Source: a virus. Taken from it: a stretch of DNA of 64,000 nt. The translations under genes and the position numbers were made by a program. Shown here piece after piece: positions 28,037 to 35,493 of the stretch. Below the pieces are notes generated by a model. The model did no database searches, had not been told where the DNA came from, and saw nothing but the letters and a program-made list of their open reading frames with translations. The stretch lies in the IMG/VR virus record IMGVR_UViG_3300029267_003762, positions 1-64,000 of that record. The stretch is one strand, 5' to 3'. Every line of letters starts with the position of its first letter. Position 1 is the first letter of the stretch.

Positions 28037-28597
28037 ATGAGCTCACGCACGTTCAACAAGCTGTTCCCCAAGAAGCCCCACCTCGTTCGCGGGCGGGGGA
28101 CCAGCGGAGAAGTACGAGACGTCCGCGAAGATGTCGACGAGGCGCTCGACAGGCTGGAGAGCGAGTCCGTCATCGACTTGCAGTTCTACTTCGATGGCAG
28201 CCTGGTCAACCCGACGGCCGGCGATCATGAGGGTCAGTACGGCATCTGCCACACCGCAGGCCCGGGACGGCCGGCTGGCTCCATCTGGTACGACGATGGC
28301 CTGACCGTCGCCGACGTCACCAAGAAGGGCTTGGTCGTCTCCCCCCGCGCCGACGTTGCCGGCACCGTGACGATGGACGCCAACGGCATCTATCAGGCTC
28401 TTTCGGCCACAGCTCCGTACTCCTGGACAGCCAAAGGGGGAGGGGGAGGGGTGCCCCCGACCGTTCCTTTGCGGCTGAGCACCTTGGACAGGCTTGCGCT
28501 TTCCCCGAGCGACGGGACGCTCGTCTACGACTTGGACGAGCGGAAACTCTACATCTACCAGTTCGACATCGATTGGCCCACGTGGTCGGAGGTTTGA
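28037..28597 (+). CDS. probable tail/virion structural protein
   Basis: R.AL.PSDGTLVYD.D...LYIY motif typical of fibre proteins. Confidence 0.55.
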   Translation: MSSRTFNKLFPKKPHLVRGRGTSGEVRDVREDVDEALDRLESESVIDLQFYFDGSLVNPTAGDHEGQYGICHTAGPGRPAGSIWYDDGLTVADVTKKGLVVSPRADVAGTVTMDANGIYQALSATAPYSWTAKGGGGGVPPTVPLRLSTLDRLALSPSDGTLVYDLDERKLYIYQFDIDWPTWSEV

Positions 28598-28598
28598 C

Positions 28599-28940
28599 AT
28601 GGGAACCATCACTACTCAGTACGCCGTAGGCGACTCGGTTTTCGTCCTCACTCAGGTTCGTGAGGAAGTTCCGGTGGACTGCGACATCTGCCGCTCCACC
28701 GGGAAGGTCACGTTGTCCGATCGGGAGTTCCGATGCCCGGCTTGTGGGGGACAGACTGTGAAGTCGGAGCAGTCCGAAGTGGTGGCCGTCTCGGCCACAG
28801 TGCTTCGGGTGCAAGCTTCCGCTTGTACGGACACGTGCTCCGTCAAGTACACGCTGAATGTTGGATACGGCGTCGTGCGTCGGGAAGAGACGGAAGTGTA
28901 CGCTTCCGAAGCTGCGGCGAGGGCCGCGTTGGGAGTCTGA
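28599..28940 (+). CDS. protein with DnaJ-like CxxCxxxG zinc finger
   Basis: CDICRSTG...CPACGG; GGAGGT RBS. Confidence 0.6.
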   Translation: MGTITTQYAVGDSVFVLTQVREEVPVDCDICRSTGKVTLSDREFRCPACGGQTVKSEQSEVVAVSATVLRVQASACTDTCSVKYTLNVGYGVVRREETEVYASEAAARAALGV

Positions 28941-28941
28941 C

Positions 28942-30288
28942 ATGGCTTACAACTGGGGAGGCGTTCTCAAGGCGCCCTCACCGTTCGACGGGCAAGTGTG
29001 GGTCGACCAGGACTTGCACGTGTGGCAGTGGAACTCGGCTAGCCAAGCATGGAACCGGGCACCGCACATCCAGATGCAACGCGCCTACTCTCGTTTTCAC
29101 CCGATCGGGGGCAGGCCGGTGGGTTACGACTTCCTGCCGGACGGGGCCGAGCCGGCTCCGAAAGCCGGCAGGCTCGGCCGTGTGTGGGACGAGGCGTACG
29201 AGCTGTCGTTCGTGGAGGTGCGAGGGGCGGCAAGCGGCACCTTGTACGGACGGCGAGCCCACATGTCTCGCGCCGAGATGCTGGCCTGGGTGGGCAGTGT
29301 CGTGCCTGCGCCCCCCAACTACACCGACAACATCGTCTTGACCGTGTACGAGGCGGTGGACACAGTCGCCGAGATGCCCAAGTGGCACGTGTGGAACGGT
29401 CTGTACTCTTCTTTCCGAGGAAGAGAGTGCTACTTCGGGGCGAACGGGCACGGGCGCTCTACCCTTCCCGCTCGAGCAGGCTACAGCCCCGACTTCGCCA
29501 CCTATCACGGGGTCGACTTGGAGTACTTCCTGCTTGCCCGGTTCTACGGCAAGGTCCCCGCGAGTCCCCAGCCGCGCGTGTGCTGGTCGACGAACGCACG
29601 GCGTGGCGTGTACAGGCACCCCAACAACACCACTGCCCGGGTGACTTGCGACGACAGCTCCAAGTACGTGTGGAACAACGCGACGGACTCGTGGGAACCC
29701 TCTCCTGTGGGGGACGAGTACGTGCACGACCCTACGGCCGGCAGCAACCCGCTGCTGTTGTGGCGATCCCCTGACAGTACCATCCTGCATCTCGAAAGCA
29801 TGACGAGCGCAGTGCGGGGGTTGAGCGGCATCCTCGGGGAGGGAGTCGAGGGTCGGGAGGCTGTTGTTGTGCGGGCCATGCGCAACAGGAGCAACAACAA
29901 CCTGAAGGCGTTCGTCATCAAGCCTTACGGGGTGACGGCCGCGGCCTGGAACATGACGGCCGGCAACGCGGATCTCTTGGCGCTGTCCGAGTACGACGGG
30001 TGCGCCACCGGCGGGGTCAACGCCTACAACCTGACTCGCAACGGTCTCGTGGAAGAGAGGGGTGAGCGGGGGCTTCGGTACAACCTGACGAGGATGTACA
30101 GCGCGCTGTACGTCGGGCACAGCTCCCCTTATCTGCTCACGCACGACACCCCGGTGGTACCTGAGGAGGTACGGTTCTACCTACGTGACCGGACCACAGG
30201 CGTGCGAAGCCCGACATCTCGCCAGTGCCTGTACTTGGAGAGGCGCCGGGCGACGGTGCCCGTCGCCATCATGTTCCGCCACAGTTGA
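28942..30288 (+). CDS. probable tail-associated protein
   Basis: P.SPFDGQVW.D...W.WN N-terminal fibre-like motif. Confidence 0.55.
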   Translation: MAYNWGGVLKAPSPFDGQVWVDQDLHVWQWNSASQAWNRAPHIQMQRAYSRFHPIGGRPVGYDFLPDGAEPAPKAGRLGRVWDEAYELSFVEVRGAASGTLYGRRAHMSRAEMLAWVGSVVPAPPNYTDNIVLTVYEAVDTVAEMPKWHVWNGLYSSFRGRECYFGANGHGRSTLPARAGYSPDFATYHGVDLEYFLLARFYGKVPASPQPRVCWSTNARRGVYRHPNNTTARVTCDDSSKYVWNNATDSWEPSPVGDEYVHDPTAGSNPLLLWRSPDSTILHLESMTSAVRGLSGILGEGVEGREAVVVRAMRNRSNNNLKAFVIKPYGVTAAAWNMTAGNADLLALSEYDGCATGGVNAYNLTRNGLVEERGERGLRYNLTRMYSALYVGHSSPYLLTHDTPVVPEEVRFYLRDRTTGVRSPTSRQCLYLERRRATVPVAIMFRHS

Positions 30289-30313
30289 CCGGCTACTTTC
30301 GCGGTGCTACCTT
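30285..30313 (+). promoter_or_regulatory. sigma70-like promoter
   Basis: TTGACC-N17-TACCTT with extended TG. Confidence 0.6.
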
Positions 30314-30320
30314 CCGGATG

Positions 30321-30405
30321 GGTGACCTGCTCAAGGTGTCACCGCAACTTGCGGAGCCTGCTCAAGGTGCTCTGGCCACGAGGGCGACCTGCTCAAGGTG
30401 TCGCC
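30321..30405 (+). repeat. three 31-nt-period hairpins with identical CTGCTCAAGGT cores
   Basis: GGTGAC-core-GTCACC; GAGC-core-GCTC; GGCGAC-core-GTCGCC; cores start at 30327, 30358, 30389. Confidence 0.85.
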
Positions 30406-30461
30406 GCAAACGAAGCCTCCTCCCCTAAAGGGCGGGGGCTTCACCCGTTCTGGAGGTGCCG

Positions 30462-30575
30462 ATGAACCCCACGCTCAAGAAGATCGTCTTCAACCGTCCA
30501 GTCTTCTACGCTTCGATCGTTCTGTGCGTCCTGGTCGTCATCGGGCTGCTCGTCTACGGTCAGTTCTTCGAGTAG
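30462..30575 (+). CDS. 37-aa single-TM peptide (below ORF-track cutoff)
   Basis: GGAGGT RBS; MNPTLKKIVFNRPVFYASIVLCVLVVIGLLVYGQFFE. Confidence 0.6.
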   Translation: MNPTLKKIVFNRPVFYASIVLCVLVVIGLLVYGQFFE

Positions 30576-30588
30576 CTAAAAAAAGGGG

Positions 30589-30616
30589 TTGACCGTCTTT
30601 GAGGAGAGGTTACTCT
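30589..30616 (+). promoter_or_regulatory. sigma70-like promoter for the second RNA cluster
   Basis: A-tract, then TTGACC-N16-TACTCT. Confidence 0.55.
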
Positions 30617-30734
30617 TTGAACCGTGATCGACCTCCGACCTCGTCATTGACAGTCAGCCCCTCGAGGGCCCCCAACGCCCGGCGCCTCAGCCCCCCAATA
30701 GCGACCGGGCGTTGCCGTGCTCGGAGGTCGACAT

Positions 30735-30807
30735 CGCTCCGTGGCCAAGTGGCAAGGCACCGTCCCTAATGACGGCGGGATCGGAGGTTCGAATCCTCCC
30801 GGAGCGG
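30735..30807 (+). tRNA. tRNA-like element (Gln-like body) with 6-nt anticodon loop CCTAAT
   Basis: CGCTCCG/CGGAGCG acceptor; GCC-AAGTGGCAA-GGC; CCGTC/GACGG; GGAGG-TTCGAAT-CCTCC. Confidence 0.65.
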
Positions 30808-30870
30808 CAGGCCGAGCAGCGGGTAAGAGCGTGTACGGGAAAGCTGCTAGGACGGCACGCCAGCACTCAA

Positions 30871-30949
30871 GGACGGGTAGCTCAATCGGTAGAGCGTCGA
30901 TATGACCAATGGTCCCGCTATGATGGGGGTTCGATCCCTCCCCCGTCCG
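30871..30949 (+). tRNA. tRNA-like element lacking a canonical anticodon arm
   Basis: GGACGGG/CCCGTCC acceptor; GCTC-AATCGGTA-GAGC; GGGGG-TTCGATC-CCTCC. Confidence 0.6.
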
Positions 30950-31138
30950 CTACAGCGAAGCACGCACGGCGGCGTCCTTGGCCACCAGCAGCATCTGCAG
31001 AGCGAACGTGCGCTGGTTGCAAGCGGGCAGCTCCTCGAAGAGCTTCTTGGCGAGCTCGCCGAACGGCTTGCTCACCTTCTGGAGCTTCTCGGGCAGGTGC
31101 TCGTAGTCGAAGTACAGCATCAGTTCCGCGTCCATCAT
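30950..31138 (-). CDS. small helical-hairpin phage protein (possible Acb2/Tad1-like fold)
   Basis: F.YEHLP..LQ.VSKPF..LA......LP......AL..LL.AKDAAVRA. Confidence 0.6.
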   Translation of the reverse strand: MMDAELMLYFDYEHLPEKLQKVSKPFGELAKKLFEELPACNQRTFALQMLLVAKDAAVRASL

Positions 31139-31386
31139 CCTTCTCCCTTCTCCTCGGCCCCAGTTTCCTGGTCCAGTTGGTACGTGCCTGCATCGCCAGG
31201 ATCGTTCGCCACCTTTTCGAGCTTGCTCTTGAGCATCTGGAAGAGTGGGTCGTCATCCATGAGACGGCCCCCCTCTGTTCGGTCGAGCACGTAGCTGATG
31301 AGGTAGAGCGCCACTTTGGCCACGTTGCGTGGCGTTGTGAGCTTCGCCTCAACCGTCTTCTCGAGTACTTCGAATGGTACAGGCAT
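31135..31386 (-). CDS. hypothetical protein
   Basis: AAGGAG RBS; tight packing. Confidence 0.55.
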   Translation of the reverse strand: MPVPFEVLEKTVEAKLTTPRNVAKVALYLISYVLDRTEGGRLMDDDPLFQMLKSKLEKVANDPGDAGTYQLDQETGAEEKGEG

Positions 31387-31785
31387 CTATCTCTCCTTCG
31401 TAAGCTCACTGAGCTGGTCGATGGTGTCCTGCTGCTTCTTCGAAAACACTTGGAGCTCCTCGTAGTCCTTGCGGGGCACGTAGTCCTGCTTCTTGATGAC
31501 GCTCACGGCCGCCGGCTCGTACTGCAGTTTGGCGGCCAGGTCGGCGATGGTGGATATGAGCACGTGCGGATCGTCTCCACGTCGCAAGCACACTTTGCGG
31601 CTGACACGGGTCGCCCCATCGGTCAGCTCGAAGACGAGCTCCACGTACTCGCTGTCCGGCGTGGGCTCGTAGTGCACGATGCGGCCGCTGGCATCGTGGA
31701 TCTTGGTGGTGTCCCGCCCTGCGCCCCACGCCGTGACGATGATCTGGTACTTCTCGTTGTCGACAGTCGGCATCCAATCCTCCAT
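31387..31785 (-). CDS. hypothetical protein
   Basis: Abutting stop/start. Confidence 0.6.
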   Translation of the reverse strand: MEDWMPTVDNEKYQIIVTAWGAGRDTTKIHDASGRIVHYEPTPDSEYVELVFELTDGATRVSRKVCLRRGDDPHVLISTIADLAAKLQYEPAAVSVIKKQDYVPRKDYEELQVFSKKQQDTIDQLSELTKER

Positions 31786-32187
31786 CTATCCCTTCCCTCC
31801 TGGGGGTGTTGCCCAGTTCGTTCCCGCCGGCGCCCGAATCCACCACCAGTCTTCGGGCCAGTCGTCCCCCTCGCTGATGGTGTCGCGCTCGTCACGCGAA
31901 CGGAGTCCTGGCCGGGCGCCGAGATGCACGTAGTAGGCGTGTTTGGTCTCGCACGTGCCGCACACGGCTTCGATGCCGTCAGCGGTCGGCCGCAGGACCA
32001 CGATGATCGAGGTCTTGTAGATGTCGATGCGGGGGTCTGTGCTCTTCCAGCCGCCGACGAGAAGCGCCCTGTTCTCTCCTTGCACTTCGGCCATGGCAGC
32101 ACGGGAGCTAGCCAGGTTTGCCCTGAGCTGTTGAACTTCCTTCTCGAGTTCGTTGATCTGCCGTTCAGCTTCGTCTCGGTCACGCAT
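31786..32187 (-). CDS. hypothetical protein
   Basis: Abutting stop/start; GGAGGAG RBS. Confidence 0.6.
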   Translation of the reverse strand: MRDRDEAERQINELEKEVQQLRANLASSRAAMAEVQGENRALLVGGWKSTDPRIDIYKTSIIVVLRPTADGIEAVCGTCETKHAYYVHLGARPGLRSRDERDTISEGDDWPEDWWWIRAPAGTNWATPPGGKG

Positions 32188-32532
32188 CTACTCCTCCTCG
32201 AAGCTGTCGGGCATGGCGCCTCCTGTGGCTGCTGCGGCAATGGGAGGCTCCGCATACTCGGCGAACGTGAGCACGAAGCTCTTGTTGCGAAGCCAACAGC
32301 GGGAGTCCACCTCTCGGTCGAAGTCGGCCACCAAGATCTCCTCGCCCATCATTCCGCACATCATCGTGTGCTCGCCCCGCCCTTTCTCTGCGTAGCAGCA
32401 GGGGCAGGCAAAGCAGTTCGTGATGAACTGTTCGTCGTACGGTTGTTCGTCTGTGTTCGAGCCCTTGCCTACCGCGGCGTAGCCAATGGCGATCTCGTTG
32501 GTGGCGTCGACTGCGGATTCGTCTTTCCCCAT
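32188..32532 (-). CDS. Cys-rich hypothetical protein
   Basis: NCFACPCC...C...C. Confidence 0.6.
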   Translation of the reverse strand: MGKDESAVDATNEIAIGYAAVGKGSNTDEQPYDEQFITNCFACPCCYAEKGRGEHTMMCGMMGEEILVADFDREVDSRCWLRNKSFVLTFAEYAEPPIAAAATGGAMPDSFEEE

Positions 32533-32535
32533 GAC

Positions 32536-32997
32536 CTAGTCCTCCGTCGTGCTGAGCATCAGGATGTGGTGCTTCTTCTTGAGCGGGCACTCGGGGTCGA
32601 CCTGTTCGGAGGTGTCCACCGTGATCTCGTGCTGAACGATGAACTTGCGCCCCCTGCGATCCGTGCCTTCAGTCTCGGGTGGCATGAGCGAGCAGAGCTT
32701 GTCGTCTTCGACGACGAGGCAGGGGCAGTCGTCGCAGCACTTCACCAGCACCTGTTCGATCTCTTCGGGGACCGGGTAGTTGCGAGGGCTCGCCTCCTTC
32801 ACGAACTTGCTCAGCCGAACCCCGCCCATCTTCTCGATACCATCGAGGTCCATGTAGCCACCGTCCTGCTCCGGCAGCTCGAGCCCGAGTGCAGTAGCGG
32901 CGTCGCAGATCGAGTTCCACATGTCGCCCATGTGGTCCGCCAGGCAGGCGTCGCGCGCCATGCACAGCAGCATCTTCTTCATCTCGTCTTTACCCAT
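32536..32997 (-). CDS. Cys-rich hypothetical protein
   Basis: CCDDCPC...C...CPL; GGAGG RBS. Confidence 0.6.
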   Translation of the reverse strand: MGKDEMKKMLLCMARDACLADHMGDMWNSICDAATALGLELPEQDGGYMDLDGIEKMGGVRLSKFVKEASPRNYPVPEEIEQVLVKCCDDCPCLVVEDDKLCSLMPPETEGTDRRGRKFIVQHEITVDTSEQVDPECPLKKKHHILMLSTTED

Positions 32998-33008
32998 GAG
33001 GTCCTCCC

Positions 33009-33338
33009 ATGAAGCTCTACATCGTCGTCCGCAACGATCTCGCCCCTGGCCTTCAGGCCGCGCAGGCCGTCCACGCCAAGGAGCTGTTCACCCACGAGCA
33101 CTCCGAGCTCAATGCCGAGTGGTACGAGAAGTCGAACAACATCGTTCTGCTTCAGGTGCCGAGCAAGGAAGAGCTCGTGGCGCTTGCGTATCGCATGACG
33201 ACCCAGTCGATCCAGACGAGTCTGTTTCGGGAGCCGGATCTGGGGAACGAGCCGACTGCGATCGCAGTTGGGCCTGATGGCGCTCGGCTGCTTTCGACGT
33301 TGCCTTTGGCTCTGCGTGATATCCGTCAAGCTGCTTGA
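33009..33338 (+). CDS. Pth2-family peptidyl-tRNA hydrolase-like protein
   Basis: KLYIVVR.DL..G..AAQ..HA...IVLL.V....EL...F.EPDL....TAIA.GP...LPL. Confidence 0.8.
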   Translation: MKLYIVVRNDLAPGLQAAQAVHAKELFTHEHSELNAEWYEKSNNIVLLQVPSKEELVALAYRMTTQSIQTSLFREPDLGNEPTAIAVGPDGARLLSTLPLALRDIRQAA

Positions 33339-33576
33339 TGGCGTTGGGGCTCAAGTGGAACTTCGGTTCGTCTGACCCCACCTCGAACAGCACTTTGGCC
33401 ATGGGGGCGTACACGGCGCCGACGTAGGCGTCCTCCTTCTGCTGGTCGGTCACCTGGTGCTCGTGACCAGCGCCGCAGTTCGGACACTCCCGAGGCGGGT
33501 TGCGCTGCATCTTGAACTCGTAGCGCTCCCAGTGCTTACCGCACTTCTTGCACACGTAGAAACTCGGCTCACCCAT
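33109..33576 (-). CDS. zinc-ribbon protein (3' part antisense to the Pth2-like gene)
   Basis: YVCKKCG...CPNCG; AAGGAAG RBS. Confidence 0.45.
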   Translation of the reverse strand: MGEPSFYVCKKCGKHWERYEFKMQRNPPRECPNCGAGHEHQVTDQQKEDAYVGAVYAPMAKVLFEVGSDEPKFHLSPNAIKQLDGYHAEPKATSKAAERHQAQLRSQSARSPDPAPETDSSGSTGSSCDTQAPRALPCSAPEAERCCSTSRTTRH

Positions 33577-35095
33577 CGTCTTCTTCCTTCGTCAGCTCGA
33601 GCTTCTTGACCGCATCGAGGTTCATCAGGCAGGAGCACAGAAGCTCGCCATCCTCGTACCTGAGCGCGGCGGTCAACCTCTCGCCCTTGGCCGTCAGCCC
33701 TTGGCTGCCGTAGAAGATCTTCATGGGCATGTACCCGCGCCCGCACAGGTCGGGCACCCATATCTCGTCGCCCTCTTTCAGTTCCTCGCCCTCTTTGACG
33801 CTTTGGAGCTCTCCTTCTCCCTTCGGCCAGAAGACAGGTACGCCGTTCCTCTCCGTCACCATGAACCCGATCTTGTGTTCGCTTTCGCTCCTCGGAATGA
33901 CGTGCAGAGCGCCGGAGTCCATGATGGGCTTGCCGATGTACTTGGGCTTGCCGGCGACGTAGCGAGTCCCGTCCCCGAGCTTCTTGACGTGCTCGCACGG
34001 CATGTCATCGCCGCTACGCTGGCACAGCGGGCACCAAGGTGCCCCCACGCTACAGCCCATGGACACGCCGCCCTCGAGCACCCGCTTGAGGTTGTCCTTG
34101 TGCACGACCACCTTGTCGAGAGGGATGGAGCCGACAGTCCGGCCGAACACAGGAAACTCGTCGCCGTTCTTGTTCGGCCCTTCCGTGATACCCAACACAG
34201 TGGAGACGGGTGTCTTGCCCGGGGCGTACTTGAAGCGGTCCTCCACCTCCTCCGGCTCCTCCGGCTCCTCCATGAACTGCCCCAGGTACTCGGTGGCGAA
34301 CTTCTTCGGCATCCCGTTCGTCGTCTCGTTGCGCAGCACGTCGCGCAGCCACTTCTCCGACTTGACGCACTCCCTGCACCCGGCGTGGTCTTGAAGGAAG
34401 TCGATGGGCTGCCTGCCGTGCTTCGGGCAGTCGACCATCGTGGGCCCGGTCTTGGCGTAGAACTCACGACGCGTCTGCGCGGCCTCCTTCATGAGCGTGT
34501 GCTGCCGGAGCAGGCGGTCGACGCGCATGAGCATCTTCTCGCTCAGGATCTTGCGCAGGGTGCGCTCGAGCCAGTCGGCCTCTTCTATGACGGCGATCTC
34601 GGCCATGTCCGAGTACGGGCGCCCGAAGATGCCGGCGTCGGGGATACCCAGACCGGCGAAGATCTGCTTGCGCAGGTAGGCGATGTCCCGGTCGAAGTCG
34701 GACTGGAAGAGGCCGCTGTTCTCCATCCTGCGCATCTCCGCGTCGAGGCCGGCGAGGATGGGGGTGTCTTCCCCGTCCATGAACTGCTTGGCCGCATCTG
34801 CCTCGACCTTTCGCAGCCAAGCCTCATCCTGCTCGAGTCCGTCGAGCTCCTCCTTGCGCATGAACATGCGGTTCGTGATCTCGTGCAAGGAATCGTCCTT
34901 TTCTTGCACGGGCGCGCCCAGGTAGATCAGGTCGCCCGCTGTCTTTTGCAGCTCGGGGCCGACCAGGTCGCCGTTGAGAACTTCTCGAAGGAAGATGAAC
35001 GGGCCCTCGATGCGGGTCACCTGGAACTGCGCTCCGGAGCTCATCTGGAGCTTGTCGCCGGCACGTAGGCCGGAGCTGTTCGTTTCATCTGTCAT
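33569..35095 (-). CDS. mosaic hypothetical protein with portal-like and protease-like fragments
   Basis: AAGGAGG RBS before ATG 35095; QIFAGLGIP...YS; NKNGDEFP; VSMGCSV...CPLC...CEH. Confidence 0.65.
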   Translation of the reverse strand: MTDETNSSGLRAGDKLQMSSGAQFQVTRIEGPFIFLREVLNGDLVGPELQKTAGDLIYLGAPVQEKDDSLHEITNRMFMRKEELDGLEQDEAWLRKVEADAAKQFMDGEDTPILAGLDAEMRRMENSGLFQSDFDRDIAYLRKQIFAGLGIPDAGIFGRPYSDMAEIAVIEEADWLERTLRKILSEKMLMRVDRLLRQHTLMKEAAQTRREFYAKTGPTMVDCPKHGRQPIDFLQDHAGCRECVKSEKWLRDVLRNETTNGMPKKFATEYLGQFMEEPEEPEEVEDRFKYAPGKTPVSTVLGITEGPNKNGDEFPVFGRTVGSIPLDKVVVHKDNLKRVLEGGVSMGCSVGAPWCPLCQRSGDDMPCEHVKKLGDGTRYVAGKPKYIGKPIMDSGALHVIPRSESEHKIGFMVTERNGVPVFWPKGEGELQSVKEGEELKEGDEIWVPDLCGRGYMPMKIFYGSQGLTAKGERLTAALRYEDGELLCSCLMNLDAVKKLELTKEEDDG

Positions 35096-35411
35096 CTTTT
35101 GCCTCCTTCGGCTTCTCCACAGTACCTGTGGTATCGAGAAGCCACTTGGCGTACTTGTCCCCGCATGACGCCTTGTACAGGTTTTCAGCTCCATTCGGAT
35201 GAAGAGCACATTCCCAGAGGGTGCCGAGAGGCGTCTCGATGACCAGCTTGATCTCGTTCTGTTCTGCTGCCCCGACCTCTCGCCCGTGCCCGTCCTTGAG
35301 GGAGACGTGGTGTGACCAATGCCGCACTCCAACGACTTTCACTTTCCCCTTTTCGAGCCACTTGTTGATCTTGGCGGTCAGGTCCATGGACTGTGCTTCG
35401 GTTAGAGCCAT
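35085..35411 (-). CDS. hypothetical protein
   Basis: AAAGGAGG RBS. Confidence 0.65.
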   Translation of the reverse strand: MALTEAQSMDLTAKINKWLEKGKVKVVGVRHWSHHVSLKDGHGREVGAAEQNEIKLVIETPLGTLWECALHPNGAENLYKASCGDKYAKWLLDTTGTVEKPKEAKDDR

Positions 35412-35493
35412 CTTTTTGCCTCCTTTGGCAGTAGTAGCAGAAGTAAGAAGAAGTCGGTAGATGCAAAGTAGCCGTCCGTGCTAGCCTTGCACC

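Noticed and set aside
30735-30807. Amber-recoded genome with suppressor tRNA
   Set aside because: TAG ends many genes right before the next RBS or start, long genes are not fragmented, and the loop is non-canonical.
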